Both the position numbers and the translations under genes were made by a program. The notes beneath the pieces were generated by a model, which was not told the DNA's origin, searched no databases, and saw only the letters and a program-made list of their open reading frames with translations. Shown piece by piece: positions 27,014 through 40,638 of a DNA stretch of 64,000 nt (within the stretch, counting starts at the first letter, position 1; each line of letters opens with the position of its first letter). Location of the stretch: contig OY970355.1 of NCBI GenBank assembly GCA_963718525.1, positions 769,730 through 833,729 of the forward strand. Reading direction: 5' to 3'. The stretch is from Candidatus Dormiibacterota bacterium. Lineage in GTDB: Bacteria > Chloroflexota > Dormibacteria > Aeolococcales > Aeolococcaceae.

Positions 27014-29758
27014 TCAGCCGTCCATGAGCTGACGCAGCACCAGGGGCAGGATGCCCCCATTGCGCAGATACTCGACGTCGGTCTCGCTGTCGAGACGGGA
27101 CACGGTTTCGAACTCAATGTCTGCCTGGCCGGCGCGGCGCGCACTCACGTGCACGATCGAGCCGGGCGAAGCTCCGGCGACGCCGCGAATCGTATAGAGC
27201 TCGGTGCCGTCGAGACCGAGCGTCTCGGCGCCTTCGCCGGGACGGAACTGGAGCGGGAGAATGCCCATGCCGACCAGGTTGCTGCGGTGAATGCGCTCAT
27301 ACAACTCGGCGATCACCGCGCGAACCCCCTGGAGCAGCGGGCCTTTTGCGGCCCAATCGCGCGACGAGCCGGAGCCGTACTCCCGTCCTGCGATCACGAT
27401 GAGCGGGACGCCGTCCTGCTGATACAGCTCGGATGCCTCGAAGATGGTCATCAGAGCGCCGTCGGGAAGGTGCACGGTGAAGCCGCCCTCCTTGCCGTCG
27501 GCGAGCTGGTTGTGCAGCCGGATGTTCGCGAAGGTGCCGCGAACCATCACATCGTGGTTGCCGCGCCGCGCACCGTAGGTGTTGAAGTCACGAGGCTCGA
27601 CCCCATGCTCGCGCAGGTAGGCGGCCGCGGGACTCGTGCCCGCGATGCTGCCCGCCGGTGAGATGTGGTCGGTGGTGATCGAGTCGCCGAGGAGCGCAAG
27701 CACGCGCGCATCGATGATGTCGTCGGGAGGCGTCGGTTCCGGTGACATGCCGACGAAGTACGGTGGTTCGCGGACGTACGTCGACTCGGCGTCCCAGTCG
27801 AAGAGGGCGCCCGCCGGGGACGGCAGCTGCTGCCAGTGCTCGTCACCGTCGAAGATGCGCGCGTACTCGCGCGTGTACAGGTCGCTCCCGAGGGCTGCGC
27901 GCACGGTCTCGGTCACCTCGTCAGCGCTCGGCCAGATGTCGCTGAGGAACACGGGTTGCCCGTCGTGCCCGGTGCCGAGGGAGTCGCTGGTGAGATCGAT
28001 GTCGAGGCGGCCCGCCAGCGCGTAGGCGACGACCAGCGGCGGCGACGCTAGGTAGGCGGCCCGCACCTGCGGGTGGATGCGGCCTTCGAAGTTTCGATTG
28101 CCGCTCAGCACGGCCGCGACCGTGAGGTCCTCCGCGTCGATGCGCTCGGCGACGAGCTCGGGGAGCGGTCCGCTGTTGCCGATGCAGGTCGTGCAACCGT
28201 AGCCGACGAGGTTGAAGCGGAGCTGCTCCAGGGAACCGAGCAATCCGGCCCGCTCGAGGTAGTCGGTGACCACGCGCGACCCGGGTGCGAGCGACGTCTT
28301 GACGTACTCGGGGGGCATCAGGCCCCGAGCGACCGCGTTGCGCGCGAGCAGTCCGGCAGCCACCATCACCGTGGGGTTGGACGTGTTCGTGCATGACGTG
28401 ATCGCCGCGATCACCACCGATCCATCGCGGACCTGGTCGGAGTCGGCGGGTCCGTTGGCGACGGGCTCCTCGGCCACCGCGTCCGGGTCGATGCCGCCCT
28501 CTTCCTCGAGCCGCGACACCTCGTCGTCACCGAGGGCATCGCCCGATGCCGGTACGGTTCGCTGCGCCCACACGTCGGTGAACGATTCCCAGACGTGTGG
28601 CAGCGCGACTCGATCCTGCGGCCGCTTGGGACCGGCGACGCTCGGCACCACGCCGGCCAGATCCAGCTCGACGATCTCGCTGAAGATCGGGATCTCCGAG
28701 TCGTCGGTGCGGAACATGCCCTGTTCCTTGGCATAGCGCTCGACCAGGTCGACGTGGTCAGGATCGCGGCCGGAATCGCGCAGGTACTCGAGGGTCCTGG
28801 TGTCGATGGGAAACAGCGACGCGGTGGCGCCGAACTCCGGCGACATGTTCGAGAGGGTGGCTCGGTCGGGCACCGACATCGAGCTCAGACCGCTGCCGCA
28901 GAACTCGACAAACTTGTTGACCACACCATGGCTCCGGAGCAACTCCGTCAACGTGAGCACCAGGTCGGTCGCAGTCGTCCCGGCCGGCAGCGCGTTGTGA
29001 AAGCGAACGCCCACCACGACCGGCGCGAGCAGGAAGAGCGGCTGGCCGAGCATGCAGGCCTCGGCCTCGATGCCACCGACTCCCCAGCCGAGCACCCCGA
29101 TGCCGTTGACCATCGGTGTGTGTGAGTTGGTTCCGACCAGCGTGTCCGGCAGGGCCATGCGGACACCACCGATGTCGCGCACCTGTACCACCTGGGCCAG
29201 GTACTCGAGGTTGATCTGGTGGACGATCCCCATCCCGGGCGGGACAACCCGAAAGTCCTGGAACGCCTGCTGCGCCCAGCGGAGCAGCGAATACCGCTCC
29301 CGGTTGCGCTCGTACTCCCGCGCGATGTTGCGTTCGTACGCCTCGCGGTTGCCGAAGGCGTCGACCTGCACCGAGTGATCGATCACCAGGTCGACCGGAA
29401 CTAGCGGATCGATGCGCATCGGATCGCCCCCGTTCCGGGCGACCGCGGAGCGCATCGCGGCGAGGTCGACGACCGCCGGGACGCCCGTGAAGTCCTGCAG
29501 CAGGACCCGGGCGGGCATGAACGCGCGCTCGCGGTCGGCGCCCGAGCCGGTGCCGTCCCAGCGTGCGATCGCCTCGACGTCTCCCGCCCGGACCGACGGG
29601 GCGCCGGAGTTGCGAACGCTGTTCTCGAGGAGGATCTTCAGCGTCACCGGCAATCGGGAGACGTCACCGATGCCGCGCTCGGCGAGCGCGCCGAGACGGT
29701 GGTAGGAAACCCCCGGCAGCAGCACCGCCCTGGTGCCGTAGGGATCAACGTCAGCCAT
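27014..29758 (-). CDS. acnA: Aconitate hydratase A
   Basis: 914 aa from ATG 29758 (MADVDPYGTR...). Aconitase motifs VGTNSHTPM, ITSCTNTSNP, CTTCIGNSG and NRNFEGR are present. The ORF-track start 29878 adds 40 implausible residues. Confidence 0.95.
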   Translation of the reverse strand: MADVDPYGTRAVLLPGVSYHRLGALAERGIGDVSRLPVTLKILLENSVRNSGAPSVRAGDVEAIARWDGTGSGADRERAFMPARVLLQDFTGVPAVVDLAAMRSAVARNGGDPMRIDPLVPVDLVIDHSVQVDAFGNREAYERNIAREYERNRERYSLLRWAQQAFQDFRVVPPGMGIVHQINLEYLAQVVQVRDIGGVRMALPDTLVGTNSHTPMVNGIGVLGWGVGGIEAEACMLGQPLFLLAPVVVGVRFHNALPAGTTATDLVLTLTELLRSHGVVNKFVEFCGSGLSSMSVPDRATLSNMSPEFGATASLFPIDTRTLEYLRDSGRDPDHVDLVERYAKEQGMFRTDDSEIPIFSEIVELDLAGVVPSVAGPKRPQDRVALPHVWESFTDVWAQRTVPASGDALGDDEVSRLEEEGGIDPDAVAEEPVANGPADSDQVRDGSVVIAAITSCTNTSNPTVMVAAGLLARNAVARGLMPPEYVKTSLAPGSRVVTDYLERAGLLGSLEQLRFNLVGYGCTTCIGNSGPLPELVAERIDAEDLTVAAVLSGNRNFEGRIHPQVRAAYLASPPLVVAYALAGRLDIDLTSDSLGTGHDGQPVFLSDIWPSADEVTETVRAALGSDLYTREYARIFDGDEHWQQLPSPAGALFDWDAESTYVREPPYFVGMSPEPTPPDDIIDARVLALLGDSITTDHISPAGSIAGTSPAAAYLREHGVEPRDFNTYGARRGNHDVMVRGTFANIRLHNQLADGKEGGFTVHLPDGALMTIFEASELYQQDGVPLIVIAGREYGSGSSRDWAAKGPLLQGVRAVIAELYERIHRSNLVGMGILPLQFRPGEGAETLGLDGTELYTIRGVAGASPGSIVHVSARRAGQADIEFETVSRLDSETDVEYLRNGGILPLVLRQLMDG

Positions 29759-29895
29759 GACCGGCCCATCTTCGCATCCGGCGGCGGCGCGAGGCGGCGG
29801 CGGCCAGATGTGATTCGGCCGCGCTGGGAAACAGTCGGATTGACCACAACACGCGCACCGCGCGGCTATTCTTCTCACCCTGACGGCACGTTTGC

Positions 29896-30792
29896 ATGGG
29901 AGTTTGTGTGGCCAGCAGCCAGAGAACTGACATCCGCCCGGAGCATCAGCTCTACCACGAATACACGACCGATGTCGACCAGGCTCGGACCAACGTGCAC
30001 TACGAGCAGCCGCCCGAATTCTTCCTGCTCATCACCGGCGGCGAGTGGAACGTGTATTCGGCCAACCTGTGGGACCCGGGCACAGAGGATGACACCGGCT
30101 CACAGCAGGCGAAGCTCGACCTGATCGCCAGGCTCGCGGGTCTCCAACCGGGCATGCGCCTCATCGATGTCGGCTGTGGCTGGGCCGGCCCGCTCACCTA
30201 CCTCTGCGACACGTACGGGCTCACCGGGACGGGGCTGACGCTGTCGCCAACCCAGAAGGGCTACGCCGAGCAGCGCATCGCGGCGCGTGGCACGGACGCG
30301 AAGATCGTCCTCAGCCACTGGGAGGACTACACGCCCGAGGAACAGGTCGACGCGATCTACACCGACGAGGTGATCGTCCACTTCTTCAACCTCTCGGGCT
30401 TCTTCACCAAGTGCCATGACTGGCTCAAACCGGGCGGCGTGATGATCAACAAGGAGCTTCATCTCAAGCACCCACGCCACGCCAAGCTCGAGCGTGGCGG
30501 CGAGTTCGTGAGCCAGATCTATGGGGACACCGGCAACTACCGAACCCTCGCGGAGGAGACCCGCCTCGCCAATGACGCGGGATTCGACATCGAGCGGGTG
30601 CATCACATCGAGCGGCGGCACTACGAGGTGACCATCGACCACTGGCTGGCCAATATGCACAAGCACGCCGACCGGCTCAGGGAGATGGTCGGCGACCAGC
30701 ACTACCGTGATTTCAGGGTCTACCTGCGGCTTGCCCGCCACATCCAACGCAACGTGACCCTGGATGTGGTGGTCTGCCGCAGGTTCGATTGA
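29896..30792 (+). CDS. Cyclopropane-fatty-acyl-phospholipid synthase family SAM-dependent methyltransferase
   Basis: 298 aa. VHYEQPPEFFLLITGGEWNVYSANLW and LIDVGCGWAGP are CMAS-family motifs. Confidence 0.85.
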   Translation: MGVCVASSQRTDIRPEHQLYHEYTTDVDQARTNVHYEQPPEFFLLITGGEWNVYSANLWDPGTEDDTGSQQAKLDLIARLAGLQPGMRLIDVGCGWAGPLTYLCDTYGLTGTGLTLSPTQKGYAEQRIAARGTDAKIVLSHWEDYTPEEQVDAIYTDEVIVHFFNLSGFFTKCHDWLKPGGVMINKELHLKHPRHAKLERGGEFVSQIYGDTGNYRTLAEETRLANDAGFDIERVHHIERRHYEVTIDHWLANMHKHADRLREMVGDQHYRDFRVYLRLARHIQRNVTLDVVVCRRFD

Positions 30793-30800
30793 GCGGCTCG

Positions 30801-31535
30801 TCAGGTTGGGGTCGAGAGCTGCGCGAGATATGACGTGAGGTGGGTGTAGGCGCCGGTCGCGAGCAGGATGCCCAGCGCCACCGTGATCACACCGCCGGCC
30901 AGGGTCAGGGGCCGCACGAGCCGGTTGAGACGGCGGGGAAGCTCGGGGAGCGACGCGCAGAGCAGCGCAACCGCGATGAACGGCAGGCCCAGCCCGAGCG
31001 AATACACCACGAGGAGCACCGCACCGGTGACTGCGTGCGAGCTGAGCGCCGCGAGGGTGAGTGCCGCGGCGAGGTATGGCCCGACGCACGGCGTCCAGCC
31101 GAGACCGAAGACGACGCCGACCAGGAAGGCTCCGAGCACACCGCGCCGGCGCAGCCGTTCCGGCAGCTGGAAACCCTGGGTCCGCTCGAGCAGGCCGATC
31201 CTGACCACGCCGATGATGGCGAGGCCGAAGAGGATGACCGCGACACCGCCGACGATCTCGACGACGCGCCCGCTCACCGCGCCGTTGGCGACACGTGCGA
31301 TACCGCCGGCGGTGAGCCCGAGGAGAACGAAGACGACCGTGAACCCGGCTACGTAGAGCAGCGATCCCGCCAGGAGGCGGAGCCGGAAGCTGTGCCGGTC
31401 AGGGTTGCTCAGCTCGGCTGCGCTGACCCCCGACACGCACGCGAGGTAGGCGGGCAGCAGCGGAACCGTGCACGGCGCGAGGAAAGAACCAAGCCCCGCG
31501 ACGAAGGTCGCGAGCAGCGTCGCAATCGAGAGCAT
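30801..31535 (-). CDS. ccdA: Cytochrome c biogenesis / thiol-disulfide transporter CcdA (DsbD family)
   Basis: 244 aa with six TM helices. The two conserved Cys lie in FLAPCTVPLLPAYL and GWTPCVGPYL. Confidence 0.85.
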   Translation of the reverse strand: MLSIATLLATFVAGLGSFLAPCTVPLLPAYLACVSGVSAAELSNPDRHSFRLRLLAGSLLYVAGFTVVFVLLGLTAGGIARVANGAVSGRVVEIVGGVAVILFGLAIIGVVRIGLLERTQGFQLPERLRRRGVLGAFLVGVVFGLGWTPCVGPYLAAALTLAALSSHAVTGAVLLVVYSLGLGLPFIAVALLCASLPELPRRLNRLVRPLTLAGGVITVALGILLATGAYTHLTSYLAQLSTPT

Positions 31536-32579
31536 CAGCCGAACGTGAAGGTGTAGATGCGGAAGCCCGCCGGCACGGTGAGATCGATCAGATGGTAGCC
31601 CGGCGAGATTCCTGCCAGCAGCTGGAACAGGTCCTGCCGCGTCACCGTGAAGCCCGAGTCGGTGAGCGCCGCGCCACCGCTCCCGGCGCCGACCGCCTTT
31701 CCGTCAAGTTTGACTGAAACAGGCAGGGCTGTGCCGGCCGTGCCGGCCACGATGTACACGGTGTCAGCCGTGAAGTTGAGCCGGACGTGTCCGCTCGTGT
31801 CGGCCTGCAGATACTGCCCGTCGTCCGTCCATGTGCCGGTCACCTGGATCGCATTCTGGGCCTGGGGCGCGCCAGGATCCGGGTACCTCTGTGGCGAGCC
31901 CAGGGCGCCATAGGCCTCGTTGTCGGCAAGCTGCCCGCGCTCGCTGCCCGCATAGAGCTCGGGCGTGGTGTTGCTGGGAACCGGTGTCGACGAGGGCAGT
32001 GGCGCCGTATGCACGTTGAGCAGCGCGGCCACTGCCGCATCGGTCTGCGTGTAGTCACCCTCCCCGAAGCTGTTGTAGGCGATCCGGCCCTGCTGGTCAA
32101 GGAGGTACTCCGCCGGCCAGTACTGGTTCTGGTACGCGTTCCATGTGGCCATCGCGCTGTCAATGGCCACCGGCCACGTGACCCCCAAGCGCGTGACGGC
32201 CGCTGCGACGTTGGCGGGAACCTTCTCGAAGTCGAACTCCGGGGAGTGGACGCCGACGATCACAAAGCCGTCGGACTTGTACGCGTCGTAGAGGACTTTG
32301 AGGTGGGGGAGGGTGCGCACGCAGTTGACGCACGAGAACGTCCAGAAATCGATGAGCACGACCTTGCCGCGCAGGTCCTGAAGGGTCAGCGGTGAGCTGT
32401 TGAGCCAACCGTCGATGCCGGTGAAGTCGGGGGCCGGCTGGCGCTGACTTCACGGGCAGCACCTGGCCGCCGGTGCTCGACGCGGTGGCCGCCGGGGGCG
32501 GGCTGCTGGCCACGGTGAAGAGCACCGCGCCGACGATCAGCACGGCGACGGTTGCGAGGGCCAGCCGGTATCGGGTCAC
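31535..32579 (-). pseudogene. DipZ-like extracytoplasmic thioredoxin (TlpA/ResA family) with C-terminal beta-sandwich domain, +1 frameshift after the signal anchor
   Basis: ORF 32160..32579 begins with a signal anchor (MTRYRLALATVAVLIVGAVLFTVASS...GGQVLPVKSAPAGP). The thioredoxin part (PDFTGIDGWLNSSPLTLQDLRGKVVLIDFWTFSCVNCVRTLPHL) continues in the frame of ORF 31535..32359. The frames meet at a C5 run (G5 on the plus strand, 32429-32433). Confidence 0.75.
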
Positions 32580-32650
32580 GTCGCTTCACCGGCACTGTAC
32601 GGGCTCTGCGTTGAGGAACCATTACGAAGCCGGTTCCCGTCTGCTAGCTT

Positions 32651-34687
32651 GTGCGCGACCTTCGGTCGCAGATGAATCCGATGAGCAACCACGCCCCCGA
32701 CCGGCTGCTCGGCGATCGGAGGCGAGTGGTCGTCGAGCACGTGCGACCAACCGTCGACGGCGGCGAGTTTCCTGCCAAGGCCACGCGCGGACTTCCGTTG
32801 CGAGTGACCGCGCGCGCGTTTGCCGACGGCCATGACCCCTTGCTCGCGTGGGTGTGGCACTGGCCCGGCGCACGCCCGCTCGCACCCGACGCCCCGCCTC
32901 CCGGCATGGTCGAGGTGCCCATGGAGGCGGAGCCACAGGATATGTTCGGCGCCTGGATCAAGACCCGCCGGCTGGGCGCGTGGAGCTTCGCGGTGGTCGG
33001 CATCCGCGACGTCTGGGGAGGGTGGGCTCGCGACCTGACGATCCGCTTCGAGGCGGGCGTCGACGTCGAGCTCGACCTGGCCGACGGGGCCGCGCTGGCC
33101 GCCGCCCGGGCGGAACTCCCCGTCGTCTCCAAATCCGACCGCCGCGCGCTGACCACGCTCAGCGCCAAGCTGGCCGCGCCGGCCCCCGCCGAGACGAGAG
33201 TGCAACTGGCGACGCGCGAGGCAACCATGGGGCTCATGCGCCGGACCGCCGATCTCAGCCACGCCACGATCTCGGGTCCCTACGCCCTGTGGGTCGACCG
33301 CGAGATCGCCGGCTACTCCGCCTGGTACGAGATGTTCCCGCGGTCGGAGGGGGCGGTACCCCCCCGAAGTGGCACCTTCAAGCTCGCTCAGAAGCGTCTC
33401 CCGGCGATCGCGGCCATGGGGTTTTCGGTGCTCTACCTGCCCCCGATCCACCCGATCGGGATCACTCATCGCAAGGGTCCGAACAACTCGACCGAGTGCT
33501 CGGCGGGCGACCCGGGGAGCCCATGGGCGATCGGATCGGCGCTCGGCGGCCATACCGCCGTGGACCCGGCGCTTGGCACCATCGACGACTTCGATGCGTT
33601 CGTCGCTGCCGCCCAGGCCGCGGGCCTCGAGATTGCCCTCGATTACGCGCTGCAGTGCAGCCCGGATCATCCTTGGGTCACCGAGCATCCCGAGTGGTTC
33701 CGGCACCGGTCGGACGGATCGATCCGCTACGCGGAGAATCCGCCGAAGCAGTACCAGGACATCTATCCGCTGGATTTCGACAGCGAGGACGCCACAGGGC
33801 TCTGGCTCGCACTCCGCGACGTGATGCGGTTCTGGATCGGCCACGGCGTGCGCATCTTCCGCGTCGACAATCCGCACACGAAGGCATTCCCCTTCTGGGA
33901 GTGGCTGATCGCGGAGATCCACCGCGAGTGCCCGGACGTGATCATGCTCGCCGAGGCGTTTGTCCGCCCATCCGTCATGCAACGGCTGGCCAAGATCGGT
34001 TTCTCCCAGTCGTACACGTACTTCACCTGGCGCAACACCGTCTGGGAGCTCGGCCAGTATCTGACAGAGTTGTCCCAGACTGAGGTGGTCGACTGGTTCC
34101 GGCCGAATTTCTGGGTGAACACGCCCGACATACTGCACGCGACCCTGCAGCACGGCGGACCCAATGCCTTCAGAATGCGCGCGGTCCTGGCCGCGATCAC
34201 GTGCCCGTCGTGGGGGATGTACAGCGGCTACGAGCTGTGCGAGAGCACCGCGGTGCGCGAGGGAAGCGAGGAGTACCTCGATTCAGAGAAGTACCAGCTC
34301 CGGCCTCGCGACTGGACGCAGCCCGGTTCGATCGCACCGTTCATCGCACGGCTGAACGAGATCCGTGACGGCCACCGTGACGCCATCGCGCAGTTGAGCA
34401 CCCTGCGCCTGCACCATATGACCGACGATTGGATGCTCTGTGTGTCACGGTCGACACCCGAGAAGGACGACGTGGTCGTCCTGATCGTCAACCTGGATCC
34501 CCTGCATCCCCGGGAGGCAAGTACCTGGCTCGACCTCGGTGCGCTCGGCGTCGCCGCGGACCGGCCGTTCGATGTTCATGATGAGCTCGGAGGTGAGACC
34601 TACACGTGGCACGGCGCGGCGAACTACGTACAACTCGACCCAGCGTGGCAGCCGGCGCACATCCTGCACGTGCGTCCACAGCAATGA
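32651..34687 (+). CDS. glgE: Alpha-1,4-glucan:maltose-1-phosphate maltosyltransferase
   Basis: 678 aa. The N-terminus [19 protein letters not shown]...AFADGHD and the GH13 core ([15 protein letters not shown]) match GlgE. The start could instead be ATG 32672 or 32681. Confidence 0.9.
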   Translation: MRDLRSQMNPMSNHAPDRLLGDRRRVVVEHVRPTVDGGEFPAKATRGLPLRVTARAFADGHDPLLAWVWHWPGARPLAPDAPPPGMVEVPMEAEPQDMFGAWIKTRRLGAWSFAVVGIRDVWGGWARDLTIRFEAGVDVELDLADGAALAAARAELPVVSKSDRRALTTLSAKLAAPAPAETRVQLATREATMGLMRRTADLSHATISGPYALWVDREIAGYSAWYEMFPRSEGAVPPRSGTFKLAQKRLPAIAAMGFSVLYLPPIHPIGITHRKGPNNSTECSAGDPGSPWAIGSALGGHTAVDPALGTIDDFDAFVAAAQAAGLEIALDYALQCSPDHPWVTEHPEWFRHRSDGSIRYAENPPKQYQDIYPLDFDSEDATGLWLALRDVMRFWIGHGVRIFRVDNPHTKAFPFWEWLIAEIHRECPDVIMLAEAFVRPSVMQRLAKIGFSQSYTYFTWRNTVWELGQYLTELSQTEVVDWFRPNFWVNTPDILHATLQHGGPNAFRMRAVLAAITCPSWGMYSGYELCESTAVREGSEEYLDSEKYQLRPRDWTQPGSIAPFIARLNEIRDGHRDAIAQLSTLRLHHMTDDWMLCVSRSTPEKDDVVVLIVNLDPLHPREASTWLDLGALGVAADRPFDVHDELGGETYTWHGAANYVQLDPAWQPAHILHVRPQQ

Positions 34688-36348
34688 CGTCCGGCGTTGA
34701 TCTCGCCGACGATCCCCTGTGGTTCCAGAAGGCGGTGTTCTACGAGCTCTCGGTACGCGCCTTCCACGACGGGAACAACGACGGCATCGGCGACTTCGCG
34801 GGTCTGATCGGCAAGCTCGAATACCTCGAGTGGCTTGGTGTCGACTGCTTCTGGCTGCTCCCATTCCAGCAGAGCCCGCTGCGTGACGGCGGGTACGACA
34901 TCTCGGATTACCGCGTGGTGCTGGCAGATTATGGAAACGTCGAGGATGTCAAGCGGCTCGTCGACGAGGCCCACCGCCGCGGCATCCGCGTGATCATGGA
35001 CCTCGTCATCAACCACACCAGTGATCAGCATCCCTGGTTCAAGAGCGCGCGCTCGTCCCCGGACAGCGAGTACCGCGACTGGTACATGTGGTCGCCCACC
35101 AAGAACAAGTTCACCGAAGCTCGGATCATCTTCGTCGACACGGAGACGTCGAACTGGACGTGGGATGACGAGGCCGGCGCGTACTACTTCCACCGCTTCT
35201 TCAGCCACCAGCCGGATCTCAACTACGACAACCCGCGAGTGCGTGCTGAGATCATCGATGTCTGCCGCTTCTGGCTCGACATCGGCGTGGACGGGTTCAG
35301 GCTCGACGCTGTTCCGTACCTCTTCAAGCGCGAGGGAACCAACTGCGAGAACCTGCCGGAGACGCACACCTTCCTGGCCGAGCTGCGCGCGACCATCGAT
35401 GCCGAATATTCGGGAAAGGTGCTCCTCGCCGAGGCGAACCAATGGCCGGAGGATGTGGTCGACTATTTCGGCACGCCGGAGCTGCCGGAATGCCACATGT
35501 GCTTCAACTTCCCGCTGATGCCGCGGATGTTCATGGGGCTGCGTCGCGAGCAGCGATATCCGATCACCGAGATCCTCGATCGCACCCCGGCGCTCCCGCC
35601 CAACAGCCAGTGGGGCATCTTCCTGCGCAACCACGACGAGCTGACCCTCGAGATGGTGACCGACGAGGAGCGCGATTACATGTGGGGCGAGTACGCGAAG
35701 GACCCGCGCGCCAAGCTCAACCTGGGGATCCGGCGCAGGCTCGCGCCGCTGCTGAACAACGGACGCCGTCAGATGGAGCTGTTCCACGGGCTCATCCTGT
35801 CGCTGCCCGGCAGTCCGATCCTGTATTACGGAGACGAGATCGGCATGGGTGACAACGTGTACCTCGGCGACCGGGACGGGGTTCGGACCCCGATGCAATG
35901 GACAGCCGACAGCAACGGCGGTTTCAGCCAGGCGGATTTCGCGCAGTTGTACCTGCCGCCGCTGATGGATCCGGTCTACGGGTACCAGGCGTGCAACGTC
36001 AGCGCGCAGCGCCGCAACGAGTCCTCGATGCTGCATTGGGTGCGCCGCTTCATCGCAGTCCGCAAGCGTTTCCCGGTGTTCGGCGAAGGCAGCTTCGAGG
36101 CGCTCGACGCCGCCAACCCGTCGGTATTCGCGTTTCTTCGCAGGCTGGATGGACTGACGGTGCTGTGCGTCAACAACCTCTCGCGATTCGCCCAACCGGT
36201 CGAGCTCGACCTGCGCCGGTATGACGGGACGACGCCCATCGAGATGCTCGGCAGGGTGCACTTTCCGCGCATCGGAGAGCTGCCGTACCTGCTGACGATG
36301 GGTCCCCACGGCTTCTACTGGTTCACCCTGGAGCCCCCGACCGGATGA
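34684..36348 (+). CDS. treS: Trehalose synthase (maltose alpha-D-glucosyltransferase)
   Basis: [39 protein letters not shown] and [11 protein letters not shown]. The start ATG 34684 overlaps the glgE stop (ATGA). Confidence 0.95.
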   Translation: MTSGVDLADDPLWFQKAVFYELSVRAFHDGNNDGIGDFAGLIGKLEYLEWLGVDCFWLLPFQQSPLRDGGYDISDYRVVLADYGNVEDVKRLVDEAHRRGIRVIMDLVINHTSDQHPWFKSARSSPDSEYRDWYMWSPTKNKFTEARIIFVDTETSNWTWDDEAGAYYFHRFFSHQPDLNYDNPRVRAEIIDVCRFWLDIGVDGFRLDAVPYLFKREGTNCENLPETHTFLAELRATIDAEYSGKVLLAEANQWPEDVVDYFGTPELPECHMCFNFPLMPRMFMGLRREQRYPITEILDRTPALPPNSQWGIFLRNHDELTLEMVTDEERDYMWGEYAKDPRAKLNLGIRRRLAPLLNNGRRQMELFHGLILSLPGSPILYYGDEIGMGDNVYLGDRDGVRTPMQWTADSNGGFSQADFAQLYLPPLMDPVYGYQACNVSAQRRNESSMLHWVRRFIAVRKRFPVFGEGSFEALDAANPSVFAFLRRLDGLTVLCVNNLSRFAQPVELDLRRYDGTTPIEMLGRVHFPRIGELPYLLTMGPHGFYWFTLEPPTG

Positions 36349-37871
36349 GCTCGCAGGACGGCGGCGTGACCGCCATGCTCCGCGAGCATCGCATCGACAA
36401 TTGCGAGGGCGCGCTCGCCGACTACATCGCACGGCAGCGTTGGGCCGGTGCCCAAGGACGCACCATCGAGACCACGGCAATTGTCGATGCGGCGATGATC
36501 AGCGCGAGCTCGCCAGTCCTGCTGCACACCCTGACCGCGGTCACGTTCACCGATGGCCGCACCACGCGGTACGCGCTCCCCCTGGGCATCCGCACGGTTG
36601 GTGACCCCATCGTCGAACGTGCGCCTGAATTCATGATCCCGTGGGCGGAGGCGCCGACTCCGATCGTCCTCTACGACGCGGTCGGCAACTCGACGTACAT
36701 CGAATGGCTGCTCGGCGCAATTCGCAACCAGCTCGTGCTGCACACGACCAGCGGGACATTGCGTTTCTCGTGCCCTGATCCTGAGGCGCTCGACACCGGC
36801 AACCTGTCGTCGGTACGCCTGCTGAGGGTGGAGCAGAGCAACACGTCGGTCGAGGTGGGCGACGCGATCTTCCTCAAACATCTGCGCCGAGTTGAGACGG
36901 GACCCTCGCAGGAACTCGAGATGGCGGACGCGCTTCAGGCTGCGGGATTCAAACACCTCGCGCCGGTGCTGGGTCGCGGCTTGTGGGAAGCGCGCGACGA
37001 GGCGCCGTCGCCGCTCGTGATCGTGCAGCCGTTTCTGCACAACAGCACAGAGGGATGGGCGCTTGCGCTCACCTCGCTGCGCGACCTCTATGCCAACGCG
37101 GAGTCGGCAGGCCCCGGCGATCCCGCGCAGCGCCGCGCTCTCGTCGATGACCAGGATGCCGCGTTCCTCGCCGAGTCGATGCGCATCGGCAAGGTGATCG
37201 CTGAGATGCACATCGCCCTGGCGTCAGGGTCTCCCCGCAGCGACATGGCGCCTGCGCGGCTGACCGAGGAATCGCTCGATGCGTGGGCGAAGAGCATGAC
37301 CGCCGAGCTCGATCACCTCCTCGCTCGCGACGATCCGGCGCTCGACCCGCTCCGCGACGCCAGGGAGGCCGTGGTGACTCGCTTCGACCAGATCCGCGGC
37401 CTCTCGCCGGGCGGCCTGCTGACCCGGATCCACGGTGACCTGCACCTCGGCCAGCTGCTGCGGATCGACATCGGCTGGGTGATCCTCGATTTCGAAGGCG
37501 AGCCCGACAGAACCCCCGAGGAGCGGCGCCGGCTCAGCTCGCCACTCCGGGATGTGGCGGCCATGCTTCGCTCGTTCGACTACGCGGCAGCCGCGGCAAT
37601 CGTCGAGCGCACCCCGCTGGACAGCGCGGACGCGAAGCTGCTCCTCGGTTACGGTGAGGCGTGGGCCGATGCCAACCGCGATGCCTTCTGGAGCGCGTAC
37701 CTCGAGACCATCGGCTCCCGGCCCATCCTGCCGGCCCCGGGACCGTCGCTCGTGCTCCGCCGCGCCTTCGAGGTCCAGAAGGCGATTTACGAGATCGGCT
37801 ACGAGCTGGGTCACCGCCCGAGCTGGGTTCAGATCCCGCTGCGGTTCCTGCTCCGCGGTACCAACCAGTAA
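36345..37871 (+). CDS. mak: Maltokinase (Pep2/Mak), not fused to TreS
   Basis: 508 aa. The position between treS and glgB and the kinase-like motif [12 protein letters not shown]...ILDFEGEP support the call. The start overlaps the treS stop (ATGA 36345-36348). Confidence 0.8.
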   Translation: MSSQDGGVTAMLREHRIDNCEGALADYIARQRWAGAQGRTIETTAIVDAAMISASSPVLLHTLTAVTFTDGRTTRYALPLGIRTVGDPIVERAPEFMIPWAEAPTPIVLYDAVGNSTYIEWLLGAIRNQLVLHTTSGTLRFSCPDPEALDTGNLSSVRLLRVEQSNTSVEVGDAIFLKHLRRVETGPSQELEMADALQAAGFKHLAPVLGRGLWEARDEAPSPLVIVQPFLHNSTEGWALALTSLRDLYANAESAGPGDPAQRRALVDDQDAAFLAESMRIGKVIAEMHIALASGSPRSDMAPARLTEESLDAWAKSMTAELDHLLARDDPALDPLRDAREAVVTRFDQIRGLSPGGLLTRIHGDLHLGQLLRIDIGWVILDFEGEPDRTPEERRRLSSPLRDVAAMLRSFDYAAAAAIVERTPLDSADAKLLLGYGEAWADANRDAFWSAYLETIGSRPILPAPGPSLVLRRAFEVQKAIYEIGYELGHRPSWVQIPLRFLLRGTNQ

Positions 37872-37881
37872 CCATCGACCT

Positions 37882-40086
<2,205 letters not shown>

Positions 40087-40217
40087 CCCGGGCCCAATCG
40101 TGAGAATGGGGTGGCATACCTGCGGGCCGAGAGTGGACGAGCAGCGATCGATCGAATTCGTGATCACATCGCGGGCGCGTCGCGCCCAGGCGAGACCGCT
40201 CTGAGCAGACACGAGGG

Positions 40218-40607
40218 TTGACCCACACCATGAACACCGACGAGGCCCGCACCCGGCTGCTGACCGAGCGCGCCAGGATCGAGGAGCTGCGCAGCGCGGC
40301 GAACCGGCTGACCGCCGATGCGCAGGAGGCAACCGAACGCGAGCTGTCCTCGGCGGAACAGCACCCTGCGGAGCTCGCGAGCGAAACCATCGGGCTCGAG
40401 ATCGACCACAGCGTTCTCCAGCACGCGGAGCTGGAACTTGCGGAGCTCGAGGCTGCGGTCATACGCGTCGACAACGGCGCGTACGGCAAGTGCGAGGCGT
40501 GTGGCCAGCCGATCAGTGAAGCTCGCCTCGAAGCGATCCCGACTGCGCGGTTCTGCATCGAGGACCAGTCGAAACACGACAAGAACGGGCGGCGCAACGG
40601 GCGCTAG
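40218..40607 (+). CDS. TraR/DksA family zinc-finger protein
   Basis: 129 aa. A coiled-coil N-terminus and C-terminal GKCEACGQPISEARLEAIPTARFCIED. This is CxxC-N17-C with Asp where the fourth Cys is normally found. Confidence 0.8.
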   Translation: MTHTMNTDEARTRLLTERARIEELRSAANRLTADAQEATERELSSAEQHPAELASETIGLEIDHSVLQHAELELAELEAAVIRVDNGAYGKCEACGQPISEARLEAIPTARFCIEDQSKHDKNGRRNGR

Positions 40608-40638
40608 CCCCAAGCCGCGGCCGATGTCGCGCGCCGAG

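Noticed and set aside
37552-37881. Long N-terminal extensions proposed by the ORF track. Examples: glgB from 37552, purN from 43214, purS from 56620, GDPD from 58240, purQ from 55905, acnA from 29878, tag from 21282, cobB from 20601, the methyltransferase from 23612, and the VWA gene from 17750.
   Set aside because: Each extension overlaps the preceding gene or is Arg/Ser/Pro-rich and motif-free. In each case a start codon at, or overlapping, the upstream stop gives a protein of the expected family length.
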